NCBI GenBank assembly: GCA_963696385.1
Contig: CAVOKF010000007.1
Span: 1,248,001 to 1,312,000 of the forward strand
Direction of reading: 5' to 3'
DNA: 64,000 bases
Origin: an uncultured delta proteobacterium
GTDB lineage: Bacteria; Myxococcota_A; Polyangia; Polyangiales; Polyangiaceae
In this document: positions 20,036 to 29,510 of the stretch, one piece after another
Layout: every line of letters starts with the position of its first letter
How positions within the stretch are numbered: position 1 is the stretch's first letter
Notes under the pieces: generated by a model
What the model was told of the DNA's origin: nothing
Databases searched by the model: none
What the model saw: only the letters and a program-made list of their open reading frames with translations
Program-made: the position numbers and the translations under genes

Positions 20036-22027
20036 TCAGCCTCGAAGCTCCCGAAGCGTGTCGCGCAAGACCGCCGAACCTGTGCGTGCGAGGATTCGAG
20101 CGTCCAGTGCAAGGCTCCATTCGCGCAGGTACTGGAGATCCAAACGCAGCCGCTCGGCGATGGACGACTTGTCCCCACGCAGGCCGTTCACCTGAGCCCA
20201 TCCCGTGATCCCCGGTCGCATCAGATGGCGAGTGCGGAAGCCGGGCAGGTCCCGTTCGATGCGCGCGACACGCTCGGGCATCTCGGGGCGCGGGCCGATG
20301 AGGCTCATCTGCCCTTTGAGCACGTTCCACAATTGGGGCAGCTCGTCGAGGCCCAGGGGCCGCAACACGCCACCCACACGCGTCACCCGGCCCCGACCAT
20401 CCATCGTGCGCAGCTTGACCAACGTAAAGGGGCGTTGGTGGAGGCCCGTACGACGCTGATAAAAGAGCGCTGGCCCGGGCGATTCGAGTCGGATGAGAGT
20501 CGCCATGGCGGCCATGAACGGTGCGGTGAGCGCGAGCCCGGAGGCCGCCACCGTGACGTCCACGAACCGCTTCACGGCCCGGCCAGCCCAGGGGTGGCTG
20601 TCCACGCGGCGCCGCGTCGTCGAGGGGTCGGTCCCGTTGTCCGGCGCGATCGGGTTGTCCGGCGCGATCGGGTTGTCCGGCGCGATCGGGTGACCCGGCT
20701 CGATCGGGTGACCCGGCTCGATCGGGTGACCCGGCTCGATCGGGTGACCCGGCTCGATCGGGTGACCCGGCTCGATCGCGTCATCCGGCGCCGTCGGCCT
20801 GTCCGGCGCGGTCCCATCGGCCGCACGTACCGTCCGAGCGAAGGCCGCAGCACTCATGACTCCGCTCCCATTGTGACCGTCGCTTTTCTGCGCGTTTCGA
20901 CGGGCGCGCCGCGCGTCCTCCACGGCTTCGGCGAATCTTCGTTCGAAGTGCCCGCGGTCAAAGCGCTTCGCGAAAGCCTGGAGCCGGGCTGGATCGAACG
21001 AGTGCTGCACACGCGCGAACCGGTCCAGGGCTTGCCGGACCGCCGCCACAGTCGGCGTCTCGATGAGCAGACCCGTCTCTCCGTCACGAACGATTTCGAG
21101 CGCTCCGCCTTCGGCGACTGCGATCACCGGCTTTCCCGCCGACAGAGCCTCGGCCATCACCATGCCGAAGTCGTCGACCCCGGTATGCAAAAGGGCTCGC
21201 GAGTTCGCGCAGAGCGCGTCGAGCTTGGCCTCGTCCACGCGCGGCAGCAGCGTCACATTCGGACCTGCGAGCCGTTCGAGTCGTGCACGCTCGGGCCCTT
21301 CACCGACCACGACGAGCCGCTCCACACGTCCCTGAAATGCGCGCAAAGCAAGATCGACCCGCTTGCTTGGAACGAGCGCCGATACCAAAAGAAACGGTGC
21401 CTCGCCGTCGACGGGAGCGGCACGCGCCGCGGCGCGCTCGAAACGGCAGGTATCGATCGGCGGCTCGATCACGAGCGCGTCGCGCTGGTAATAGCGCTGG
21501 ATCCGGTCGCGTGTGTACGCGCTGTTGGCAATCAAGACGTGGGGCCGCGCTGCAGCCACCGCCTCCCAGCGGCGCAAATAATGTGCCGTGCTCCGAAACG
21601 CGGCGCGCCCGAGCCTCCCCGCCGGCACACGAGCCTCGTAGGCTGGCTGCGCCTCCCGCACGTAGCGGATCGTCGAATGGAGATACGCGACGTGCACGGC
21701 CGAGGGCCGTGCGATGGCGCCCATCGCGACGCAATGGCTGCTCGAGACGACCAAGGCGTACGGGGCAAGATTGAAAGACTCCACGGCGAGCGGAAAGAGC
21801 GGCAGGAGCGCCCGGAAACGCCCGCTGACAAATGGGGCCCTCGCCACGCGATCGATCGGTGAGGTCGTGGCCCGTCGCTCGGCGAGTGCCGGCGACAGGC
21901 CCGCTGCGTTCCGCGTGAGAGTAAAGATATGCGCCTGCGGGAACACTCCGCAGAGCACCTCGAGAACACGCTCACCACCCCTCATGGTCGTGAGCCAATC
22001 GTGAACGATAGCCACGGACTCGTGCAT
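20036..22027 (-). CDS. GT4 glycosyltransferase in frame with a bacterial sugar transferase (phosphoglycosyl transferase)
   Basis: N: VAIVHDWLTTMRGGERVL, SSSHCVA, DDFGMVMAE. C: KRFVDV, YQRRTG, KLRTM, LDELPQLWNVLKGQMSLIGPRPE, PGITGWAQVNG. A possible internal start lies at ATG 20857. Confidence 0.85.
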   Translation of the reverse strand: MHESVAIVHDWLTTMRGGERVLEVLCGVFPQAHIFTLTRNAAGLSPALAERRATTSPIDRVARAPFVSGRFRALLPLFPLAVESFNLAPYALVVSSSHCVAMGAIARPSAVHVAYLHSTIRYVREAQPAYEARVPAGRLGRAAFRSTAHYLRRWEAVAAARPHVLIANSAYTRDRIQRYYQRDALVIEPPIDTCRFERAAARAAPVDGEAPFLLVSALVPSKRVDLALRAFQGRVERLVVVGEGPERARLERLAGPNVTLLPRVDEAKLDALCANSRALLHTGVDDFGMVMAEALSAGKPVIAVAEGGALEIVRDGETGLLIETPTVAAVRQALDRFARVQHSFDPARLQAFAKRFDRGHFERRFAEAVEDARRARRNAQKSDGHNGSGVMSAAAFARTVRAADGTAPDRPTAPDDAIEPGHPIEPGHPIEPGHPIEPGHPIEPGHPIAPDNPIAPDNPIAPDNGTDPSTTRRRVDSHPWAGRAVKRFVDVTVAASGLALTAPFMAAMATLIRLESPGPALFYQRRTGLHQRPFTLVKLRTMDGRGRVTRVGGVLRPLGLDELPQLWNVLKGQMSLIGPRPEMPERVARIERDLPGFRTRHLMRPGITGWAQVNGLRGDKSSIAERLRLDLQYLREWSLALDARILARTGSAVLRDTLRELRG
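20636..20815. repeat. 18-bp tandem repeat: 8 near-perfect and 2 degenerate units
   Basis: 3x GTTGTCCGGCGCGATCGG (20636-20689) then 5x GTGACCCGGCTCGATCGG (20690-20779, last unit with 1 mismatch). Encodes five PIEPGH-type and three PIAPDN units on the minus strand. Confidence 0.97.
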
Positions 22028-22132
22028 AGCCGGCCGCGCAGTTTAGGCTCGAACACCCGTCCAGGGCCACTCCACCCTTACCGGATCGGCGCGGCAGGCA
22101 ACCGCACACCGAGCTAGAGCATCACAGTCCGC

Positions 22133-23287
22133 GTGCGCTATCTGATCGCCATCGGCTCCGTGGTCCTGCTCGTCGCGGGGCTCGCCAGCATAAAGTACGC
22201 GCAGATTGCCTCGCTCATCCGCTTCGGCAAACAGGCGCAGAAGGCGGGGCCTCCACCCGAGACCGTGAGCTCGGCGGTCGCCGAGAGCAAGGTCTGGGAA
22301 GGAACGCTCACGTCGGTCGGGAGCATCGCGCCCGTGCGCGGGGTCGCGCTCAGCAACGACGCGCCGGGCGTCGTCCAGCGGATCCTCTTCGAGTCCGGCG
22401 ACGTCGTTCGACAAGGCCAGGTGCTGCTGCAGCTCGATAGCAGCGTCGAGCGCGCCCAGCTCGCCTCCACGGCGTCCCGGCGCGACCTCGCCTCGATCAA
22501 CGCCGGCCGCACGCGCGCGCTCGTGGGGTCCGGCGCGCTCGCCCCGTCGCAGCTCGACAACGACGACTACGCCTACAAGACGTCGACCAAGGACGTGACT
22601 GCGCTCCAGGCGCAGATCGACCGCAAGACGGTGCGGGCTCCATTCGCCGGGCGCCTCGGCATCCGGGCGGTCAACCTCGGGCAGTATCTGAACGCCGGGA
22701 CCCCGATCACGGTGCTCGAGGCCATCGACTCGGTGTACGTCGACTTCTCGCTGCCGCAGCAGGCGCTGTCCGAGGTGAAGGTGGGCATGCCCGTTCGCGT
22801 GACGATCGAGGGCGCGAACACCGCCCCCAGCGACGGCGTCATCCGCGCCATCGACCCCGAGGTCGACGCGAGCACGCGATCCATCAAGCTCCGGGCAAGC
22901 GTCCCCAACCAGCAGGAGAAGCTGCGGCCTGGAATGTTCGCGAACGTCACGGTGGTCCTGCCCACGCAGCCCGCGCAGGTCACCATTCCGGCCACGGCCC
23001 TGGTGCACGCCGCTTACGGCGACTCGGTCTTCGTCGTGGAAGACAAGAAGAACGACGGGGGCCAGGTCGTGCTGGCGTCGGACGGCAAGCCGGTGGACGT
23101 CGCGCGTCAGCAGTTCGTGAAGGTCGGCCAGGCGCGCGGCGACTTCGTCTCCGTGCTCGACGGCGTGACTGCGGGCACCACGGTCGTCGCGGCCGGGGCC
23201 TTCAAGTTGCACAACGGCTCGCGCATCGTCGTCAACAACGACGTCAAGCCGAGCGCCTCTCTCGACCCCCATCCAGCGAACCGGTGA
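22133..23287 (+). CDS. RND efflux periplasmic adaptor (MFP) subunit
   Basis: N-terminal anchor, GVVQRILFESGDVVRQGQVL, VRAPFAGRLG, LRPGMFA. Confidence 0.92.
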   Translation: MRYLIAIGSVVLLVAGLASIKYAQIASLIRFGKQAQKAGPPPETVSSAVAESKVWEGTLTSVGSIAPVRGVALSNDAPGVVQRILFESGDVVRQGQVLLQLDSSVERAQLASTASRRDLASINAGRTRALVGSGALAPSQLDNDDYAYKTSTKDVTALQAQIDRKTVRAPFAGRLGIRAVNLGQYLNAGTPITVLEAIDSVYVDFSLPQQALSEVKVGMPVRVTIEGANTAPSDGVIRAIDPEVDASTRSIKLRASVPNQQEKLRPGMFANVTVVLPTQPAQVTIPATALVHAAYGDSVFVVEDKKNDGGQVVLASDGKPVDVARQQFVKVGQARGDFVSVLDGVTAGTTVVAAGAFKLHNGSRIVVNNDVKPSASLDPHPANR

Positions 23288-23291
23288 GGCC

Positions 23292-26200
23292 GTGAGGTTC
23301 ACCGACATCTTCATTCGCCGGCCCGTGCTGGCGATCGTCGTCAACCTCATCGTCATCATCGCCGGGCTTCAGGCCATCCGCACGCTCAACGTGCGGCAAT
23401 ACCCCAAGCTCGAGAGCGCCACGGTGAGCGTGCGCACGGTGTACGTCGGGGCCAACGCGGAGCTCGTACGCGGGTTCATCACTACGCCGCTCGAGCGCGC
23501 GATCGCCGCGGCCGACGGCATCGACTACATCGAGTCGCAGAGCGTCCAGGGGCTGTCGACGATCAGCGTGCGCCTGAAGCTCAACTTCAATGCGGCCAAT
23601 GCTCTGGCCGACATCAGCGCCCGCGTGAACCAGGTGCGCGCCGACCTGCCCCCCGAGGCCGAGATCCCCGCCATCAACATCGAACCATCGGACGCCCAGA
23701 TCGCGGCGATGTACCTGAGCTTCGGCTCCACCATCCTCGAGCAGAACCAGGTCACCGACTACCTCATCCGGGTCGTCCAGCCGCGGCTGTCGGCCATCGA
23801 AGGCGTTCAGCGGGCCGAGATCCTCGGCGGGCAGACCTTCGCCATCCGCGCCTGGCTCAAGCCGGACAAGATGGCGGCCCTGAACGTGAGCCCGTCGCAG
23901 GTGCGGCAGGCGCTCTCGGCCAACAACTACCTGGCCGCCGTGGGGCAGACCAAGGGGGCGCTCGTCCAAATCAACCTCACCGCATCGACCGACCTGAAGT
24001 CGGTGGACGAGTTCCGCAAGCTCGTGATCCGGCGCGAGGGCGACACGCTCGTGCGTCTCGAGGACATCGCCGACGTCGTCCTGGGCGCCGACTCCTACGA
24101 CACCGACGTCCGGCTCTCGGGCAACAAGGCGGTATTCATGGGCGTCTGGGTGCTGCCCAACGCCAACTCGGTCGATGTCATTGCCCGCGTCCGCAGGGAG
24201 ATGGACATCGTCCGCGCCGAGCTTCCCACCGGCATGAACGCGGTCATCGCCTTCGACTCCACCACGTACATCGACAGCGCCATCCACGACGTCGTCCACA
24301 CCCTGGTCGAGACGGTGCTCATCGTCATCGTCGTCATCTTCTTGTTTCTCGGGTCGCTCCGCACGCGTGCTCGTGCCCCTGGTCGCAATCCCGGTGTCGC
24401 TCATCGGCGCCGTGTTCCTCATGCAGGTTCTCGGCTTCACGGTGAACCTGCTCACGCTGCTGGCCATCGTGTTGGCCGTGGGGCTCGTCGTGGACGACGC
24501 GATCGTCGTGGTCGAGAACGTCGAACGGAACATGCGCGACGGCAAGAGCGCGCTCGACGCTGCGCTCGTGGGCGCGCGGGAGCTCGTGGGTCCTATCATC
24601 GCCATGACCATCACGCTGGCGGCGGTGTACGCGCCCATCGGCTTCCAGGGTGGCTTGACCGGCGCGCTGTTCCGCGAGTTCGCGTTTACGCTGGCCGGCG
24701 CCGTGTTCATCTCGGGCGTCGTCGCACTGACGCTCTCGCCGATGATGTCGTCGAAGTTGCTCCGGCCCTACGCGAGCCACGGCTGGCTGACGCGCAGCAT
24801 CGACCGTGGCTTCGACTTCGTGCGGACGACCTACGATCGCGCGCTCGGCGCGACGCTCGGAGCCCGGCCCGCCGTCTACGTCGTCTGGATCGTCCTGTCG
24901 CTGATGGTGGTTCCGCTCTACTTGCTGTCGCCGACCGAGCTCGCCCCGAACGAGGACCAGGGCGTTGTCTTCGGCGCGCTCGACGTGCCGGCCAACGCGA
25001 CCCTCGAGCAGCTCGATTCGTACGTCACCCAGGTGCAACACATCTTCGCGAGCGAGCCGGAGTTCGAGCAGAGCTTCCAGATCACGTTCCCGGGCAGCGG
25101 CTTCGGCGGCATGCTCGCCAAGCCATGGGACGAGCGCAAGCGCAGCATCTTCCCCATCCAGGTCGAGCTCAACGGCAAGCTGGCAGCCGTCGCGGGGCTG
25201 CGGTCGCCCGCATTCCTGCCGGCGGCTTTGCCCAGCCCGGGTACGTTCCCCGTCGAATTCGTGATCGCGTCCACCGCCAGCCACGACGAGATGGTGCGCT
25301 ACGCGGGCCAGCTGGTGCAGGAGGCCGTCAAGAGCGGTCTGTTCGCGTTCCCGCCGATCGTGGACGTGAAGATCGACGAAGAGAGCGACGAGATCGTCCT
25401 CGACCGCGACAAGATCTCGTCGATGGGGTTGACGCTGCAGCAGGTGGGCACCGATCTGTCATCGATGGTCGGCGGCAACTTCGTCAACCGCTTCAACATC
25501 GACGGCAGGGCCTACAAGGTCATCGCGCAGATCGAGCGTGCCGGCCGCCTCACCGCCGATCAGCTCGAGAAGATCTACATCTCGGGCCCGGGCGGCCAGC
25601 TCATGCCCTTGTCCGCGGTGGCGACGATGCGCCAGGGCGTCGAGCCCCGATCGCTCAACCGCTTCCAGCAGCTCAACGCCGTGAAGATCTCGGGCCTCGC
25701 GCCGCGTGGGCTCGAGGGTGGACTGCGCATCCTCGAGGACGCAGCGGCAAGGATCCTGCCGCCGGGCTACCGCGTCGATTACACGGGCGAGTCGCGGCAA
25801 CTGCGGCAAGAGGGTGGCAAGTTCTTGCCCGCGATGGGGCTCGCCGTGATCCTCATCTTCCTCGTGCTCGCGGCGCAGTTCAATTCGTTCCGGGACCCGC
25901 TCGTCATCCTCGCCGGGTCCGTCCCGCTCGCGATGTTCGGCGCGCTCATTTTCACCTTCCTGAAGTTCTCGGGGCCCCCTGGGTTGGGCTTCAAGCTGAC
26001 CGATGGCTGGACGACGACGCTCAACATTTACTCCGAGGTGGGCCTGGTCACGCTCGTCGGGCTCATCTCGAAGAACGCCATCCTCATCGTCGAGTTCGCG
26101 AACGTCCAGCAGGAGGCCGGCATGAGCAAGGTCGCCGCGGTCCGCGCGGCGGCCACCACGCGCCTGCGCCCGATCCTGATGACCACGGTGGCGACCGTAG

Positions 26201-26430
26201 CCGGCCACTTCCCGCTCACGCTCGTCACCGGTGCCGGCGCTGTCGCCAGGAACTCGATCGGCATCGTGCTCGTGGGCGGCATGTCGATCGGCACGCTGTT
26301 CACGCTGTTCGTGGTGCCTTCCGTCTATGTTCTGCTCGCCAAGGATCATTCCCACGAGCGGGCCGCGGCGGGCGAGAGGGGCGCGGCCGCCGAGCGTGCC
26401 GAGTTGGGCGCGCCTGCCATCGCCGAGTGA
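23292..26430 (+). pseudogene. RND efflux permease (AcrB/HAE1 family), frameshifted at ~24364
   Basis: MRFTDIFIRRPVLA...FLFLGSLR, one extra base in CGCACGCGTG, then VLVPLVAIPVS...GLVVDDAIVVVEN...KNAILIVEFA...RLRPILMT. Both halves are otherwise intact. Confidence 0.88.
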
Positions 26431-26570
26431 CCGGCGGCCGGGCAACCATCCTGCGCCCGGCCCCGCGCCCGACGGCACCTCGACTCGCGAACGGAACTGT
26501 CTTGCCCCTGGCGACATCGAACGGGGGCAACGGTCCCCCCCAACAATCCGAACCCGTCTGAGGAGTCGCC

Positions 26571-27443
26571 ATGTCCCTATTCGTCGTCGCAGGTGCCACC
26601 GGTCACGTTGGTTCCGTCGTCGCTCGCGAGCTCTTGGCCGCGGGCCACAAAGTGCGCGCCATCGTGCGCAGCGTCGAAAAGGCCAAGGCCCTTGCCGGCC
26701 AGGGCGCCGAACTGCTCCCCGGCGAGCTCGGCGACGCCAGCTTTCTCACGCGCGCCCTGCGCGGAGCCGACGGGGCCTTCCTGCTGCTGCCGCCGCCGGC
26801 GAACGACACGCCGGACGTGCGCGCTTTGCAGGATCGCGTGGCCCGTGTTGAAGCGGCCGCGGTCGCCGAGAGCGGCATCCGTCACGTGGTCCTGCTGTCG
26901 TCCTGGGGCGCGGAGAAACCGTCCGGCACCGGTCCCATCGTCGGGCTTCACGTCCTGGAAGAGGCCCTGAAGAAGACCCGCGCGATCTCGACCTTCCTGC
27001 GGGCGGGCTCGTTCACCGAGAACCTGCTGCACATGCTGCCGGCGGCGCAGCACCAGAGCATCCTTCCCAACTTCTTCCCGCCCGAGCACAAGATGGCCAC
27101 CATCGCCACGCGGGACATCGCCGCCGCGGCCGTGCGCGCGCTGCTGGCCCCGCCGGCCGCAACGCAGGTCGTCTACGTGCTCGGCACCCAGGAATACAGC
27201 GCCGTCGATCAGGCCGCGTACTTGTCGAAGAAGCTCGGCAAGGAGGTCAAGCTGCTCAACCTGCCCGTGTCTGCCGCCTCGGGGGCGATCCGCCAGGGCG
27301 GCGTGGGCGCGTCGATGGCGGACCTCATGCAGGAGATGTACGAGGGCGCACTGAAGGGGCTGCTCGGCGTCGAGCCGGGGCACCGCGTCGAGAAGGGGAC
27401 GACGACGCTGGAGGAAGCGCTGGATCCGTACTTCGCGAAGTAG
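26571..27443 (+). CDS. NmrA-family NAD(P)-binding protein
   Basis: VVAGATGHVG Rossmann motif, VVLLSSWGA, FLRAGSFTEN, IATRDIA; GAGGAG SD. Confidence 0.88.
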   Translation: MSLFVVAGATGHVGSVVARELLAAGHKVRAIVRSVEKAKALAGQGAELLPGELGDASFLTRALRGADGAFLLLPPPANDTPDVRALQDRVARVEAAAVAESGIRHVVLLSSWGAEKPSGTGPIVGLHVLEEALKKTRAISTFLRAGSFTENLLHMLPAAQHQSILPNFFPPEHKMATIATRDIAAAAVRALLAPPAATQVVYVLGTQEYSAVDQAAYLSKKLGKEVKLLNLPVSAASGAIRQGGVGASMADLMQEMYEGALKGLLGVEPGHRVEKGTTTLEEALDPYFAK

Positions 27444-27451
27444 GCGAGGTC

Positions 27452-27469
27452 CCAGGCGTCCGCGCCTGG
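27452..27469 (+). terminator. GC-rich hairpin after the NmrA gene
   Basis: CCAGGCG-TCCG-CGCCTGG, 7-bp stem 8 nt after the stop; no U-tract. Confidence 0.3.
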
Positions 27470-27642
27470 CACGTTGACGGTTACCGTCAGCGCGGCCGGC
27501 TTCCCAAACGCGGTGTGACGTCCGTCACGAGCCGATCTTTGTCCCTTTAGCCGATGAATCGAGGGCGCCCTTTCATCTGGTTCTCTGATCGCAGCGTGCA
27601 ACGTCAACGGGGCTGTACGCATTCGTGCGTCCGCCGCCGCAA

Positions 27643-27691
27643 GTGCACAATTTCAGTGAAGTGACCGGTGCCCATTTCAATGAAATGGCCG
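27643..27691. promoter_or_regulatory. Tandem palindromic operator-like sites
   Basis: Perfect CCATTTCA-A-TGAAATGG (27672-27688) preceded by imperfect ATTTCA-G-TGAAGT (27650-27662); centres 24 bp apart. Confidence 0.55.
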
Positions 27692-27739
27692 GCGCAATCG
27701 GCTGGCTCGCTCGGTTCCGTCGTGTTAACTGCAAGCGAG

Positions 27740-28468
27740 ATGATGAGCGTCCGCCGTTGCGCTCAGTGCGTCGTAGCGGCGATGGTGGGCTTCGTCCCCA
27801 CGGTGGGATGCCTCGTCGAGGCCAGCGATTCCCCCGGTTGGGACGATGGAGGCCGGGACACCATCGACGGCGACGCCGCCAGCCCACGGGGTGCAACGGA
27901 GACCGAGTCCAGCAGCGGATCGAGCTCGAGCAACCGCAGGGACGGCGGCTCGCTCGGCCCGGCGTTCGGAGGCTCCACGGGCAGTAGCTCAAGCGCAAAC
28001 GGCGGGGGTGGCTTCGACGCCGGTACGGGCATCAGCCGCGACGACTCCGGCGGTGCCGACGCTGGGTTGGGGCTCAGCTCGAGCAGTGGCAGCAGCAGTG
28101 GCTCTTCTTCGAGTAGCGGCAGCTCCAGTTCGAGCAGCGACTCTGTCCCCACCGAGGTGACGGACGCCGCGAGCACCGGGTGCCCGGCCCCCTCGGGGAC
28201 CGCACCGGCGTGGTCCTCGATCTGGGACAAGGATGGCTTCTCGAACATCTGCCACACATGCCACAAGCAGGCGAGCAGTGCCTCGGCGGCCTACACGTGG
28301 CTCAAGCAGCAGGGTGAGATCAGCGGGATCACGTCGCCCATCGCGTCGGAGGACGACTCGGTTCTGGCGATTTTCGGAGGCTTCATGCCGCCGAATCCCA
28401 ATGACATCAGCGCGGCAGCGAAGTGCGCCATCGTGGACTGGGTGGCTGCCGGCGCACTGAACAACTGA
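27740..28468 (+). CDS. Lipoprotein with Ser/Gly-rich linker and monoheme c-type cytochrome domain
   Basis: TVGC lipobox-like site, S/G/D low-complexity linker, CHTCH, distal FMPP (Met ligand candidate), C-terminal WVAAGALNN. Confidence 0.7.
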   Translation: MMSVRRCAQCVVAAMVGFVPTVGCLVEASDSPGWDDGGRDTIDGDAASPRGATETESSSGSSSSNRRDGGSLGPAFGGSTGSSSSANGGGGFDAGTGISRDDSGGADAGLGLSSSSGSSSGSSSSSGSSSSSSDSVPTEVTDAASTGCPAPSGTAPAWSSIWDKDGFSNICHTCHKQASSASAAYTWLKQQGEISGITSPIASEDDSVLAIFGGFMPPNPNDISAAAKCAIVDWVAAGALNN

Positions 28469-28610
28469 CGTCTTCACGCCGGGTTCGACCCCAGCGCCAC
28501 GCGCGAGGAAAGCGTCGCTTCGGGGGCATCCAAAGCGTCTCGACCGACGAGACTCGGGCAAGCCGGGCAGGCATAGCGTCGGCGGCAAGGAAGCTGCCAG
28601 GTGCGAGGAT

Positions 28611-29369
28611 TCACGTGACCGACACGGGTCCGTCTCCGCCGAGTCGCGGCTTCTCGGGAGCGGTGACACTCGCTCCACCGAATGCGAGCGGGTAGAAGAG
28701 TCCCGCCAGCGCGCCGCCGATCAGCGGCACGACCCAGAACATCCACAGCTGCTCGATCGCCCACCCGCCGACAAAAAGGGCTGGACCCGTGCTGCGCGCA
28801 GGGTTCACCGATGTGTTGGTCACTGGGATGCTAACGAGATGAATCAGCACGAGAGCGAGCCCGATGGCGATGGGCGCGAAACCGCCCGGCGCCCGCGCAT
28901 CCGTCGCTCCGAGAATCACCAACACGAACATGAACGTCATCACCAGTTCGCACACGATGCATGCGCCGAGCGCGTAGGCCCCGGGCGAATGCTCTCCGTA
29001 GCCGTTGCTGGCGAAACCGCCTGCCGCGCTGAAGTCGGACGACCCGCTCGCGATCGCGTAAAGCACGGCCGCTCCGAGCACGCCGCCGGCGACCTGCACG
29101 GCCATGTAGGGCAAGACGTCTCGACTCGGTATCCTGCGCCCAGTCCACAGACCGATCGTGACCGCTGGATTGAAATGCCCTCCCGAGATCGGTCCCAACG
29201 CATAGGCCCCTGTCAGCACGCTCAGCCCAAACGCGAACGCAACGCCCATGAAGCCAATGCCGACCTTCGGAAATCCTGCGGCGAGGACGGCGCTCCCACA
29301 ACCGCCCAAGACCAACCAGAACGTTCCGAGCAGTTCGGCGGCCAGTCTGCGCGCAAGCGAATGCGTCAT
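28611..29369 (-). CDS. aqpZ: Aquaporin Z
   Basis: [42 protein letters not shown] (two NPA motifs), [10 protein letters not shown]. Confidence 0.95.
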   Translation of the reverse strand: MTHSLARRLAAELLGTFWLVLGGCGSAVLAAGFPKVGIGFMGVAFAFGLSVLTGAYALGPISGGHFNPAVTIGLWTGRRIPSRDVLPYMAVQVAGGVLGAAVLYAIASGSSDFSAAGGFASNGYGEHSPGAYALGACIVCELVMTFMFVLVILGATDARAPGGFAPIAIGLALVLIHLVSIPVTNTSVNPARSTGPALFVGGWAIEQLWMFWVVPLIGGALAGLFYPLAFGGASVTAPEKPRLGGDGPVSVT

Positions 29370-29510
29370 GAGCGGCACGGTAGCAGGCTTTGGGTTCCAT
29401 GGCCTATGCGTCGAGGCTCCCCTAAAGTGTCCGGTCGCCGGTCTTGTTCTCGACCGACGACAGGCCTAAGCGCTTGCCCCATGTCGCCTTGCCTCGGCGC
29501 TGAGACAAGG

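Noticed and set aside
20636..20815. CRISPR-like periodicity
   Set aside because: Head-to-tail 18-bp units with no unique spacers, in frame within a CDS; no cas genes.
4542..26430. Hopanoid (hpn) cluster
   Set aside because: No squalene-hopene cyclase or hpnCDE/H genes; the RND is AcrB-type with an adaptor, not HpnN-type; flippase and ligases point to glycan assembly.
23292..26561. 1089-aa ORF as a novel fusion
   Set aside because: Sequence after ~24364 is out-of-frame read-through of the frameshifted RND permease.
28476..28500. tRNA-like GGGTTCGACCCC
   Set aside because: No full T-stem, acceptor stem, D arm or anticodon arm.
28575..28605. SRP-RNA-like AAGGAAGC
   Set aside because: Lacks the paired CAGG side of the conserved helix and the long stem.
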